A stretch of 64,000 bases of DNA from Oculina patagonica (Eukaryota), in NCBI RefSeq assembly GCF_052425735.1, contig NC_135770.1, positions 21,576,001-21,640,000 on the forward strand. The letters run 5' to 3'. A program made the translations under genes and the position numbers. Below, piece by piece: positions 38,301-49,824 of the stretch (within the stretch, counting starts at the first letter, position 1; each line of letters starts with the position of its first letter). The notes under the pieces are model-generated. The model worked only from the letters and a program-made list of their open reading frames with translations, ran no database searches and was not told where the DNA came from.

Positions 38301-41300
38301 ATTTTAAAACATGCAACACTGCGTCCACAAGGTGGTTCGTTCACCGCGTGCTCTAAGCATGACAATTTATGCAATTGGCTGTCGGACGGGACTTTACTGA
38401 AAGGAAACTTAAATTTAGGAGCAAGGCAGCAACTGACGAGAAAAAAGTACTATAACATGAGCATGGTTGGTATCATGGTCAGAAAGGGGCGGAAGGACAG
38501 AGTAAAGTACAATAATGAACGTCACCTAAGAAAACGACACGCATTTTGCATTGCAGATTGCTTGCCATCTTCGCGGAAAGCAAAGTTCTCACTCCAGAGG
38601 CTTTTCAAGCTGAGAAGGAAGGAAGCCTATTACAGCTGTAGCCTTCGCTGACTAACTACATCAACACTGATAACTTACCCACGTGCTTCGTAACCTCTGT
38701 TCCTAAGAAGCCTTGACGTTGACGGCTGAAAAGCAAGTTTCATCTCAATTAAAAACCGCACTTTTAATAGATACTGAGTCATTTCAAGAAGGCCCAGTAT
38801 ATAAGATCTAACTGGCAATTAGAACTTTTTGGCATTCGAAGAAATACATGTATATCTAGAACCCAGTCTACAAGCTTAGTGCCATCCAAAAATCGCACAC
38901 TGACGGCTCTTTCAAAATATTAGTAAATTAATAAATTAAAAAAACATTGGACTTTAAACATTGCATTAACCTAACCTCTTGACGTTAAAGCTTAGCAACG
39001 ACCCGAACTGGATCATCTACAAAAATGTAAAACCTTTATGTCCGAAGTACAGGTAATAAGTCAGTTAACATTGCCCTTCAAGCTGGTATCATTACTTGCC
39101 ATTACTTTTCAATGATGGTTTTTTAAAATGGCTTTTAAAAAAGAATATATAAACTATTGCTGAGTTGACTTCTTTGATCATCTTTTTGACAACTTTTCAC
39201 TGGGTTTCTCATTGAATTTATCAGTAAAAATCTAGGGAGAGTAAGGACTAAATTGTACGGCAAAAAATGTTCTATTTGCTTTGACCGGTTTAAGTCTAAC
39301 GGACGGAATATTACATTTCTGTGGGCGGGGAAGGGGGAGGGGGAAGTAATAAGCAAAAGAAATGCTGCTCAGAACGTTGTCAAAACAACTACAAAAAAAA
39401 AATCAAAGCTTTAATTTCTCGGGTGGCGCATTTTCCAGTGGTTGATTAATGATAAAAACGTATACCTTTCCCAAAGTGTGCGGAAGCCACTCAGTAACGT
39501 AAATATCGACAAATCCGTCTTGATCAAAATCACCAACGTTTGGCGTCATTCCAGAAAGCTTTCGTTTGTCACTTGTTTGCATGGAGCAGTTTCTCTGCAT
39601 AGCTTCTTCTTTAAAGTGTCCTTCGTAATTTATGTACAGGTAATGTCTTGTATCTCCCACTGTTGTTACATACAGGTCCAGGTCTCCGTCTTGGTCAAAG
39701 TCAGCCCAGACAGCACCGTTGGCGCGAGAGCTGGGTCCTATATCTGTGTCTTTGGTGACGTCAGTGAAGGTTCCATCACCTTTAAGCCAATAACAAGCAA
39801 GGAATAGCATCTATTTCATTACTGAGCTATAACACGGGACAAATTAGAGGAATTGCAAATTTTTCACCCCTACTTAAAAGAGCAATCGTGAAGATTTGAA
39901 GGCCAACTGCTCAATACAGGAGTGATAATTAGTGCTCCGTTCATATTGGACACCCCATTTTTCTTTAGTCAAAAAAAAATTCCCAACAAAATACCTCACG
40001 TTCGAGTGATTTCGCATCAACCATGAAATAGTTATTACTCAAATAACTAAAACAGATACTATTAGATACTAATTCCATAATGTTTTCTTTTGTTTAGATT
40101 TGACTATTTAACAACAATTATTAGATGTTGTTTCACGGGTTAAATAAAATCACACTCACATTTGGCGACTGTTTGCTTCTAATATACATCCTAAAGAGCT
40201 GCTGTTTTTTGATTGATAACGTAAAACTGTAGCAAGTGATTTTAACCTGTGATGTGCCACGTGACTGATCAAAGATCAAAATTGTCCAATGGCATGACAG
40301 AAACATTCTTGGAGCCGGAGGTGATAAAAATTTTAAAATATCAGAGCCAGTATAAGTCCCTGCCCTCACCGTTATTTCTGTACAAGGCACTTCTTCCATG
40401 AAACACAGTGAAATATATGTCCTCCATTCCATCCCCATCGTAATCGCCAACGGCTGCTCCACCGGTCACGTGTTCAGGAGTACAAAATTCGCCAGGTATC
40501 CGCGCCTGATGGGAAGAGTTTTGAAATGGTACCACCACATCAAATACACAGTGAGGTCGTACAGCCATACTGGTGCGGTGAACATGGTGGAATCCAGCTT
40601 GCTGTGAAAAACGAAAGTAAACAACAGAAATATCCAGTTATGATCTACTTATATCAACACCACTTCATCATAAATAGGGTCGTCAAATTACTTTCGGTCC
40701 TCTGCTGTCATTCCAAAATAAACCATCTGAATGAAAATGTCACACAACACATCTCCACGGTTTGGCCAGGACCTTCGTTTTCGGGATATCAATATTTTCG
40801 GGGTTTTGCTAAAAGCAGGCCCGCGTCCCGCGTTCCACTTCACGGCTCGCGGCCAGCACCCGCGCTTATCAGACTTTTGGTCAGTGGTATATTAAAGCGC
40901 ATACTCAGATGTGCATCGTCGAGTGTTGTTGTTGTTTCTGATATAATGAATTTGGCGCGACTGTATTAAGTTCGCCGTTTGAAACCATTGCCGTGCTATC
41001 GTCGTGCCACTACCAGGCCAAATTCATTTGCGCTCGACACGGCAGTAGCATGACTTGGAACACGCATGCATGAGACAAGTAGCACGCTTTTTGCTCAATA
41101 CCAGGTTGAGAAGATTATCAGATTATGTTGTCATATTACATTTTCTATGGATTTTCAAAACAATAAAATAGGCAATTTCAATGTTTGCTTTATGCTGTGT
41201 GACGATAAGTTTTCCTTGCTTGGAGAGTTAAAACCGACGAACTGAGAGAGAAGTGCGCTGTAACACGCGAATCTGGGAGAATGACCAAACACTGAATATG

Positions 41301-42403
41301 GGGAACGCCGGAGAGCACCATGCTGCGGAAACGAAGCCTCGTCAACAGCTCAATGTACACGGCGATCACAGGACGCACAGACGTAGGCAGAGACAGAATT
41401 GGGTCCAACAGGCTCCACCGCAAGAGACAATCGCTGCATGATTCGACAAGACTTCAGTAATGTCACACACAGAAGCAACACTGCAGAGACTGATGCAGGA
41501 TGAACCAGAAGAGAATGCAAAAAGAATCAGTCCGAAAGAAGGAGCGGACGTTGACTGGAGACGCGACTGGCTACCGTAGTGACGAGGACGGGAAGACCCG
41601 GTGCATGCGAATCAGAACCCACCACAGGCTAGTTCATATCGGTCTAGTCGAGCGAAGAATCATACTTTTTTACTGATAGATATGCCACTTGAATAATGTT
41701 TTAATTTTTTACTCCTCACAGCTGCCTAGTAAAGTGCGAAGCGCTTCCAATTCCATCGTCGCTTTCGAAACAAGAAACCAACAAAAACTCTGCGTGTTAT
41801 AAAATCCCCCCATACTGTCTAGGGAAGGGGTTGGTGGGTGGTAACTCTTCTGAACTCATTGTTCCTTTAAACACAAGGTGAAACCCTTGAACAGTGATTT
41901 TGAGAAATATTAAGGCAGAGGAATTCACGATAGGGGGTTTTAAAACCCTGAAACCTCTCTACAATATCAACACAACAACTATTCTCCCGCTCCCCCTACC
42001 CCTCTCCCCCACCTTAACCCCACTTCCGGGCACCAGCCATGGATGTCATTCAACTCACGAAAGTTACAAAACTAAGCATAATAATTACCTGGTGTATTTC
42101 AACAAACTTCGAGTTTTGTTCATCATGATCTGCAAACTTATTTTGTCCTGTTAATTTGTCCTCGAGGCAGCTTTTGTAAGGTAGGCTTAGAACCACGTCA
42201 TTCGTCAGAACTTCAAGCTTTTTCAGGTTCACTTGCCTCTTCCATTGAACTCCGTCTTCACCAACGCGATGTTCGACAGCATTGCCGTCGTCGCCAACTT
42301 CGTACAAATCTGTGATCGCGTAGAGCATTGGCGTCGCTCTTGACCAAGCGCAGTTGAAGAAAACAATTGCCAAGATACGAAAGCTGACAAATTTTGCTTT
42401 CAT
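23082..42403 (-). CDS. CRTAC1/ASPIC-UnbV + haem peroxidase type I membrane fusion protein, paralog A; 27 exons, about 1396 aa
   Basis: Exons (high-low): 42403-42089, 40601-40370, 39779-39466, 38725-38679, 38282-38180, 37604-37476, 36974-36798, 35482-35395, 35137-35037, 34718-34652, 34342-34234, 33446-33368, 32789-32611, 32104-32023, 31408-31155, 30611-30383, 30066-30010, 29736-29641, 29546-29476, 29019-28860, 28111-27941, 27378-27197, 26237-26054, 25365-25227, 25039-24889, 24588-24516, 23483-23082. All are GT-AG and phase-compatible, 4191 nt in total. FG-GAP repeats ([34 protein letters not shown]); ASPIC HFGLG...VTWP; peroxidase [54 protein letters not shown]; C-terminal TM helix. Confidence 0.88.
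23597..23824. mobile_element. PIF/Harbinger-like MITE
   Basis: TIR GGCTGTGTTCACACTT...AAGTGTGAACACGGCC with TTA on both flanks; internal GGCAC/GTGCC units. Confidence 0.65.
26418..26460 (+). ncRNA. Degenerate type I hammerhead ribozyme motif (intronic, antisense to peroxidase gene A)
   Basis: CCGTG-CTGATAA-GACC-CAACCA-GGTC-ATAG-CAGCTG-TA-CACGG. Helices I and II are intact and helix III is palindromic, but the core is mutated (CUGAUAA; AUAG replaces GAAA). Confidence 0.5.
26656..26850 (-). mobile_element. tRNA-derived SINE
   Basis: Minus-strand head TGGCCGAGTGG (A box)...GGTTCAAGACC (B box), followed by a non-tRNA body; no acceptor-stem closure. Confidence 0.7.
29826..29960. repeat. (GACT)n microsatellite
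   Basis: Visible directly; source of the spurious SQSV ORF. Confidence 0.97.
32472..32522. repeat. (GAA)n microsatellite
   Basis: Visible directly. Confidence 0.97.
33506..33902 (+). mobile_element. Full-length tRNA-derived SINE with (GAT)n tail
   Basis: TAGCTCAGTTGGTAGAGC (A box), GGTTCGAGTCCC (B box), a body of about 300 bp and a GATGATAATGGTGATGATGATGA tail. A 5'-truncated second copy lies at about 61420-61690. Confidence 0.85.
35301..35347. repeat. (GATT)n microsatellite
   Basis: Visible directly. Confidence 0.95.
36169..36341. other. Assembly gap (N run) within intron 7 of peroxidase gene A
   Basis: Run of N. The flanking exons join in phase and match paralog B's exon order, so no exon seems to be missing. 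Confidence 0.98.
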
Positions 42404-44226
42404 TTCGCTGATTCTTCACGATGGCTTCATTCAGAGCGTCTGTATCGAAGTATAGCCGATGAAGCAACACGAAACGTGACCATGAAATGATATACAAGTT
42501 GATACACAACTTTCACATGAACGCGTACGGTCACGAACGCATCCCTTACCTTAATCCGTTTGATCGCACGAAAGGTTAAGTTCTGGTGTTATTTTTTGTT
42601 GCGCAGCAAAAGATATATATGTGGATGAACCGACGACTTAAGTGTGATTTCCATGTCAATCCGACATTTTATCTCTACTGTGTTGCCGACTATTTGACTT
42701 CTGACCGATCACGGGTAAACTGCAATTGTAGAAGTACTCCTGTCAGTACCAATGACGTTAGAGGCCTTTCTGTAAACAAATAGCAGTAGTCTAATTATTC
42801 GCAGAATGCGTCTCTGGCAGAGTGTTGATTGCTTCACTTGAAGTCGATAACTTCAGTCGCTGCGAAGGCTTTTCGGTTTCCTACAGCTGAAAAAAAAAAC
42901 TATAAATTATTTATAGACGAAAAAATCGAGACAAACATCTAAAGTGCTTCCTTCATACCTAAGGTTCGAAATACTTGAACATGGCCTTATCAGACACTCG
43001 CATCTCACAACAATATAATCGCGTTGTAATGAGATGCTCAGAACCCTATTTATTTTTTAAACTCTCTCAACCGTAAAGGTATCAGAGGTATTTATAAAGA
43101 CCTTATTTTGCAATGCTCTAACAGTGACATTGTGCCATCTCGAGCCATCACCACGGGACTCGCATAGACGGATCGATACTCAATATCTAACACACCTGTT
43201 TTTTTTTTTTTTTTTTTGATTTGTTTTTTAATGTTATTTTTAACTCGATTTATTCTTGTATTTTCTAACTTTGAGTAGATCAGTTAAACGCTTCTTATGC
43301 GTGCTCTGTTGTCATTGGTTATATTTTGCAATTACCTTCGTTCTAAAGTAAAAATTTGAATTCTTTTTTGATAAAACTACAAAAAATTCCATACTTTCGT
43401 CGTTTGAATCTCAAGATGGCAAAATGCTTTCGACTGTTTATATAATATTCATCGTGAAGATTTTATGGCGATTGATTTATTGTTGCGTGATGGCTCATGC
43501 GTAAACTCAAATGCCCAGATTATGAGTATTATGAGGGCCTATATACTTTCTATTCTATCTTTCAACAGACTGTGTGCTACTGTGTCGAAATTGTGGGCAG
43601 TCCCTCATTTTTTAGAGGGATTTTTTAAGACCACGCTATTTTAAGCTCCTGCTGAATCATCAGTATAAAACCATTCCTCTGAGAGTCGGTCTCTCGATCA
43701 AGAGGGCAAAACTGAAGCAGGGACCTACCGGACAACTTACAGGATAATGTCAGTACATTTTAATTATGTTTAGACACCCCTGGTCTCCGGTGTGATTTTT
43801 AACTATTCATCATACCATAAGGCTCCCCCAGGGGTTTCAGGGAACAAGGGAACATGGATTCCCCCCCCCCCCCCAATCCGGGGAGGCCCTCACCATGATA
43901 AGCATTTAACTTTGATCGACGGAATGACAAACATTTTTCAAACGAAATGTGCTCAGTGGTCTCAATATTAATTGAAATTCCACAGAATAGAGTCAATATA
44001 AAAATGCAGAATATTCTTAACAGGAAACCAGACAATGCATAAAAAAGAGAAAAATTCGCAAAATCAATTTAATTTGTGGCGCAATATTAAAATTTCATTC
44101 TCTTCCGCCATTTTTGGCATAACGTACAATATTCGAGAGTATTTTATTACCGCTAAATTCCACTAATCATGAGTATCAGATCTAGAAAAACAAAACAAAT
44201 ATCGATTTTTGTGATTTGTTTTTAAA

Positions 44227-47200
44227 GAGGGTCCTGCTCTTAGGATCGCCGTACATATGCAAGATAAATAAAATCGATTTTCTCAAATTTGACAGGATAA
44301 AGGCTTTACTAACTTGTTTCAAAAATGTATCTCTGAGATTGTTTCGATTTTTATTTTTTCGTCGAGACGACTCTTCGGATTTGGCCGCCGAAGCGCCATC
44401 GGCAACCACTCGGAAAAAAAAAATATGATCCGTAGCAGCAAAGGCGGCATTCATCCAATTTTACGCTCAGATCCGAATTTAGTTTTTTCAATTTTAAATT
44501 ATACGCTCGCCAGTTGCCCGCTTTCGTGAGCCAAAAAGCCACTGTAAGGCCATCTTCCACCGCTAGCCTGGGTAAAAGGTCGAGAGCGGCGACCTTGACA
44601 TTTTGACCTTTCATGTTGCGATTTTATCGCACAGAATTAAGTTCGACCAGTCTATCCCCGTCAAATAGTTTTTTAGTCTCCCAAATACCGAGCGATCATT
44701 TTTTTTTTACAGTAAAAATAAGCCCAATGAACTTCTTAGCACGTATGATTACAATTCTAAAAATTGGGGTTGCGAGGTCCGACAAGCCGCAAGAATCTCA
44801 GTTTATAAATCACCACCGAGATAAATCTTCCTTAAAAATCGAAGAATAGATAGTAACTAATTATTACACATTTTCCTACCTTTATCGAGCCTATTTTGAC
44901 GAGAAGTGGTAACGTAAATGCGTCCATTCTACAAATTCATAAACTGTCGGCGAATGTTCTCAAGTTACATATTAACCACAGACAGGGTACCCAAGCACCC
45001 TGAAGACTGGGGAGGTGGGGGACGGGTTGTAGTGTAAAGAAAAACGACTCAAAAAAAAAAAAAGAAAAAAAAACGCTAAATTTAAAGGCTATAAAGCAAG
45101 TTATAGTGGAAATTTTGCTTTAACAATAAAAAACCCTTTGCTTTCGGTCCCTTTTCTTGTCCCCAGTTCTTTACTCTGAAAAGGTGCGACACAGGATAAT
45201 ATTTATAATGATAATCATCCTTAGTTTAGTTTTCCTTTTTTCTTTCCACCGACACGATTTGTTATCTTTGCCTTCAATAAATTAATTCGCATCTTGGGCA
45301 AAAGATACCTAACAAACTGTAGGAAAAATACCTCCGTAAATCATTTTTTCTCTTTAACATGATAGATATCCTAAATCAAGGAAACATGTTTGTCCTCTTG
45401 TAATTTCAAACACGCATTTATTTTCTTGTCTTTTGAAGGCAGTAACTGATTATTCTTACTTTCATTAACATCAGAAGCACAACCTTTTAGTACTGAAATT
45501 TTTCATGCTTCGTTCAATAAAATATTTTTTTCGCCTTACACACAGAGGCCTGGGGACAAGTCAGTTTCACATCCACTTACAACAGTCACAAGCGAGGGCA
45601 AGCTCACTTAAAACAGCAATGTACTCTGCTTTACGCTTGGAATTAAATCCCTCTGTAGAAATGTCAAAATAAATGCACACTGTATTGAGCATTGCAATAT
45701 TGAGTTGCTTCAGCCGCTTTTCCCTGTACATGGCACAAATATCAAGGTTGTCATACACGATTGGTTAGCAACTGCACTTGTTCAAGTATAGCTTGCCGTG
45801 TGTCGTCCATCATCTGCTCTTCTTCTGCTGCTCTGATGTCTTCCTCCAGAAGATCCAGCTGACCATGACGCAATTTCGCCGCCATTCTTGAGAAAAACCC
45901 CTGTATTTGCTGCGCGCTTGAGGTAGTCATCACTCTTAAAACGCTTCGTGCCATCCATATTTCTTGCAAATCGCATGTCGCGTGCTACGACGTTGGGATC
46001 TGTTTTTGCTTGTTGCTGCCCAAGGTTAAATTTTTCTTCTAGGTAACTCTTCTGGGCGTCGTTGAAACGGGAAGCTTTTAGTTGTCTTTAAGGCCCAGCC
46101 TTCGGGTAACGGGCTTGCACTTCAAAGGTGTGGCCTTGATCAGGGGTGCCGACACTGCCTCACTCGTGCCGTCAGCTAAAAGGGCACCATTGCATTCATA
46201 GTTTCTTTTTCAGCTACCATTTACACTGTCAACAGGTTTTTCTAGAGAGTGTCGGACATCTTACGCAACCAGGGCACCAAGGAGGCCGAGGACTCGCTTC
46301 TCGACTGCTGTCTGCTCATATCCCGCACTTACAGAAACACAAAGCATCAACAAAAGAAAGCATATTTGGAACTCAAGAAAGACATATCGTCGTAAAGGAT
46401 TCCTCGTTTCCGTGCCCCTTTCCTCCCTGGGAAAGGTTGATGGTTTTTTTTGCGTGACGAAGAGAGTGTGACACAGTACCGGATTTGTAATCAGATTGTG
46501 CATAGCGACCTTAACTAGACAAGGCCCGAAAATTTCTTCTAAAACTAAGCTGTTCAAATGGAAACGCAAAAAAGTCAGCGATCACACAAACAATTGACCA
46601 ATTATTTTAAAATACAAAACATATACTAAGCGCTTACCTGCTCGAGAGAGTACGAGTCGCCCACAATCTAATAGAGAGTCTCCAATAACACGGTAGGTAC
46701 CCAGGTGGCCTTGGATACTTTTCTGCAACTTCCCACAACGACACATTTAACATTAGCCGGATTAGTGGCACTGGATCCACGGGGGGGGGGGGGGGGGGCT
46801 ACTCAAAAAGTTTTGTACGGGAAGGCTCCGCCCCGAGGTCCAACCCCTTACCCTATAGACATTTTGACAGAAAAGACACCCCGTTACGAAAAAAGGTACC
46901 CTTTTACCTAAAAGAAGGCATAGGCTGAAAAGGAAGTGGATTAGAGCGATATAAATGATTCAGCCTTAACGTGCGTCTGTTCGAAAAGGCTAAAAACTAA
47001 ATGATATCCCTACCCCAATACCTACATTTGAAATCCCACCCTATACTAAGATGAAAAGGTCCCGGGGGAGCCCCCCGTATGGATATAGGGAGTGACCCCC
47101 CCCCCCCTCCGGGCGGATGCAGCCCTCCAACAAGTGTGGCAAAACACAGAAGAGACGGAAAGACAATAGTTTTCCAGTAGATGCAACCAAGGTGAAAGGA

Positions 47201-47641
47201 AGAAAAAAGAAAAGAGTCAAGGGCAACGTTTGTTCCCACAAAAGTGTACCGAACGGGGAGGCACACAGGAAAGAAAGTGACGAAGCAGGCCACGCATGCT
47301 AAGGTAAAAAATGCGAATTATGTGTGATGACGGGAGTAAAATGAGGAGAGAAAAAAGTTCGGGGAGAAATGAGGGAAACGAGAATGCGACGAACGAATGA
47401 GTAGCCAAGTGCTCAGTGTATAAGCCGCCGACAACAAAAACAGAAAATAGGAAGAAGAGGAGACCTAAGCGGAGCAAAGGGAGGAGAACAAAATCAGGGA
47501 CGGAAAAAGGGAGGGGCGAGGGCCAGAAGAGGCGACGAAAAAAATAAATGACCTCAGATTTTTGACAAGTTTGTTTATCCTGAATTTAAATCGATTTTTT
47601 TATCTTGCATATGTACAGGCGATTCTAAGAGCAGGACCCTC
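44227..47641. mobile_element. About 3.4-kb DNA transposon relic with TIRs and a TTAA-type target (Kolobok-like termini)
   Basis: Left end GAGGGTCCTGCTCTTAGGATCGCC-GTACATATGCAAGATAAA; right end TTTATCTTGCATATGTACAGGCGATTCTAAGAGCAGGACCCTC-TTAA; about 70-bp imperfect TIR; internal frameshifted coding remnant. Confidence 0.75.
45567..46110 (-). pseudogene. Frameshifted coding remnant inside the 3.4-kb element (C-terminus of an uncharacterised transposon-associated protein)
   Basis: Joining several frames gives protein-like text: LPEGWALKTTK..RFNDAQKSYLEE..KFNLGQQ..DPNVVARDMRFARNMDGTKRFKSDDYL..AQQIQGFFSRMAAKLR...YDNLDICAMYREKRLKQL...CDC. Confidence 0.55.
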
Positions 47642-48104
47642 TTAAGATCTTGAGAAATCTCGACTAAGCTGCTCTACAGTCAAACGGAAGCGAATTTTCT
47701 GCAGTCAGCGAATCACGTATTTACAGTTTTACTTGCATTCCATCCAGGGAAGAGGGGAGGAGAGGGGGTACTAGAAATACTCCCAGTTGCTTCGTGCCAC
47801 TGAAACCGGGGTAAGCTTCGGCCGGATGGGAAACTGGGCTCGTATGCAGACTTTTCCTCTGCACGTTTCATTTTAACTATTTTCTTGTAAAATAATGTTA
47901 CATAACACGCCCTCCAATTAGATAGCACGACAAGACATCGTGTTAATTGATCTATTGGATCAAACTCAAGCCTAAGGTAGAAGTAGGGGACTGCTTCGCG
48001 TGCTGAATACTAATGAGCTATAACGATATGACACAGCAATTTCGCACGTTTTTTTTTTTCTTTATTTTTTCATCATCACACACTTACAAAGGCCATCTTT
48101 GGGT

Positions 48105-48378
48105 AAGTAAAAGTCTGTGTTCGAGCCTGGTAGCCCATCAGACCTGAGCTTATCTCGGTTTTCGTAGCATGAAGCGACTTGGAGTAGTTCTACTCCCATC
48201 GGATGGGCAGCTTGTCAATCGCAGGGATACCCCCAGCAGTAAATTCGCCGGTACCCATTTACATACCTGGGTGGAGAGAGGCACTATGAGAGTAAAGTGT
48301 CTTGCCCAAGGACACAACGTAGTGACCCCGGCCAGGGCTTGAACCTGGAGCGCTCGATCCAGAGTCCAACGCACTAAG
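48105..48378 (-). mobile_element. tRNA-derived SINE with CORE-like central domain
   Basis: Minus strand: GGTTCAAGCCC (B box), then CCTTGGGCAAGACACTTTACTCTC...GCCTC...GTAAATGGG, resembling the CORE-SINE/MIR core. Confidence 0.7.
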
Positions 48379-48639
48379 CATTACTGCAGTTCACAGCTTA
48401 GAAATAAACCAATGTACAGTTACCTTTAAATCCAAAAAACTAACGTACATGGCTGCCACTTCCTTGTCGTTTGAATCACAAGCCGGGGATACTCTGCAAA
48501 TCATTTATAGTAATATTTCCCCAGCTCAGTTAGGAATTCCTTACAATGGTGTCTAACGTGTTGAAATTCCCACAAAAGCTTTCATTGCGAACTATTGGCA
48601 GTTGACTATAGCTTTTGCCAATGGCAAAATGCCTAAATG

Positions 48640-48972
48640 AAATAAAAATCGTATTGGCGCAAAAGCAGAGAGGGGGAAAGCATTGGGGAAAGCAGAGAGT
48701 GTGTTATCACTCTCTGAAAGACTGGAATAACCTAGACAGAGACACTAGAAATGCACTTGATTTTGTAAATTTTAAGCGTAGCGTTCTAAGTAGGTTTTTT
48801 AGTTAATTCTTTCTTTTGTATTCAAGTTAGTTTTTAATAATAGTTTTTAATTCTTAGGTATTTTTCATTTTTCATAGTCTTATTAAGTATTTTTAATCTT
48901 AGTTAGGACCTTTCTGAAAACCACTGTATAGTGAATGAAGGCTTCCTAATAAAAGATTATTATTATTATTAT
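48640..48972 (+). mobile_element. 5'-truncated LINE (CR1/L2-like) 3' end
   Basis: ORF2-like C-terminus GKQRVCYHSLKDWNNLDRDTRNALDFVNFKRSV*, a T-rich 3' UTR, AATAAA and an (ATT)n tail. Confidence 0.55.
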
Positions 48973-49824
48973 CAAAGACAACATTATCAACACGTGTCAC
49001 GCGTCACTCCTTTTATTGTGTTCATCATGTTTTTGTACATAAATCACCAGACAGCAACAATCTTTAGATAGTTACATATGTCAACTCGTCCTGGACACTC
49101 ACTTGATTCCAAGTCATCACCTTGAGCTATATACATTGGATGTGCAATAAATATTTTAACGTTTCTTTGACGATGGTATTGTCACGATTATATTTTTGTC
49201 ATTCATGCTATAAATATCGAAAGTAGAACAAAGCCTAAGCAGTATATACTGTCACCATTTCTGAATCTGTATATACCGCCATTTTGCCATTATACTGTGT
49301 ACTTTTACTGTGCTCCTGTATTGGTTAAATACCACTTTTTACCTCTTTATTGTGTATCTCTAATGGGTCCTCAACTGTGAAACTCTATTGGCAAGGAACG
49401 TCTTTGGCCCTCATATTGTGTACCACTATATTGGGCCACTATAATTGTGTCCCTTTTTGGCCTTTAAATTGTATACCTCTTTCAGGCCCTACCTTGTGCA
49501 AATCTTTTGCTCTTTCAACCGTGTACTGCTATTAGGCCCTAATTTGAGAACCTTTTAGGCCTCTTAATTATGTACCACTATAAGGCCCTTTCTTGTGAAC
49601 ATCTTTTGGTCTTTTAATTCTATTGGCTTTTCACCGTGTATTTTTCTTTGCGCTTAGTGTAACTTAGTTGCCGGGCCTTAATTGAAATAGTAAATGAAAA
49701 TAACGCAATTGAATCAAAAATATTAAGCTTGCAATAAAGTTTGGTCGTTTAGGACGAAAACTACAAACTACAAAGACACAGAGACTGCAACACAATCCTG
49801 ACTGAAAGACCTGTCAACTTTGTC

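Noticed and set aside
42233-42240. Earlier donor for exon 1 of peroxidase A (after WKRQ)
   Set aside because: The donor at 42089 (CAG|GTAATT) is stronger and gives [15 protein letters not shown], matching the F.(D/E)....AG start of the propeller. The earlier site cannot be excluded as a minor form.
23082-42403. Bacterial contamination as the source of the ASPIC/peroxidase sequence
   Set aside because: The gene is split by 26 canonical spliceosomal introns that contain host SINEs and MITEs.
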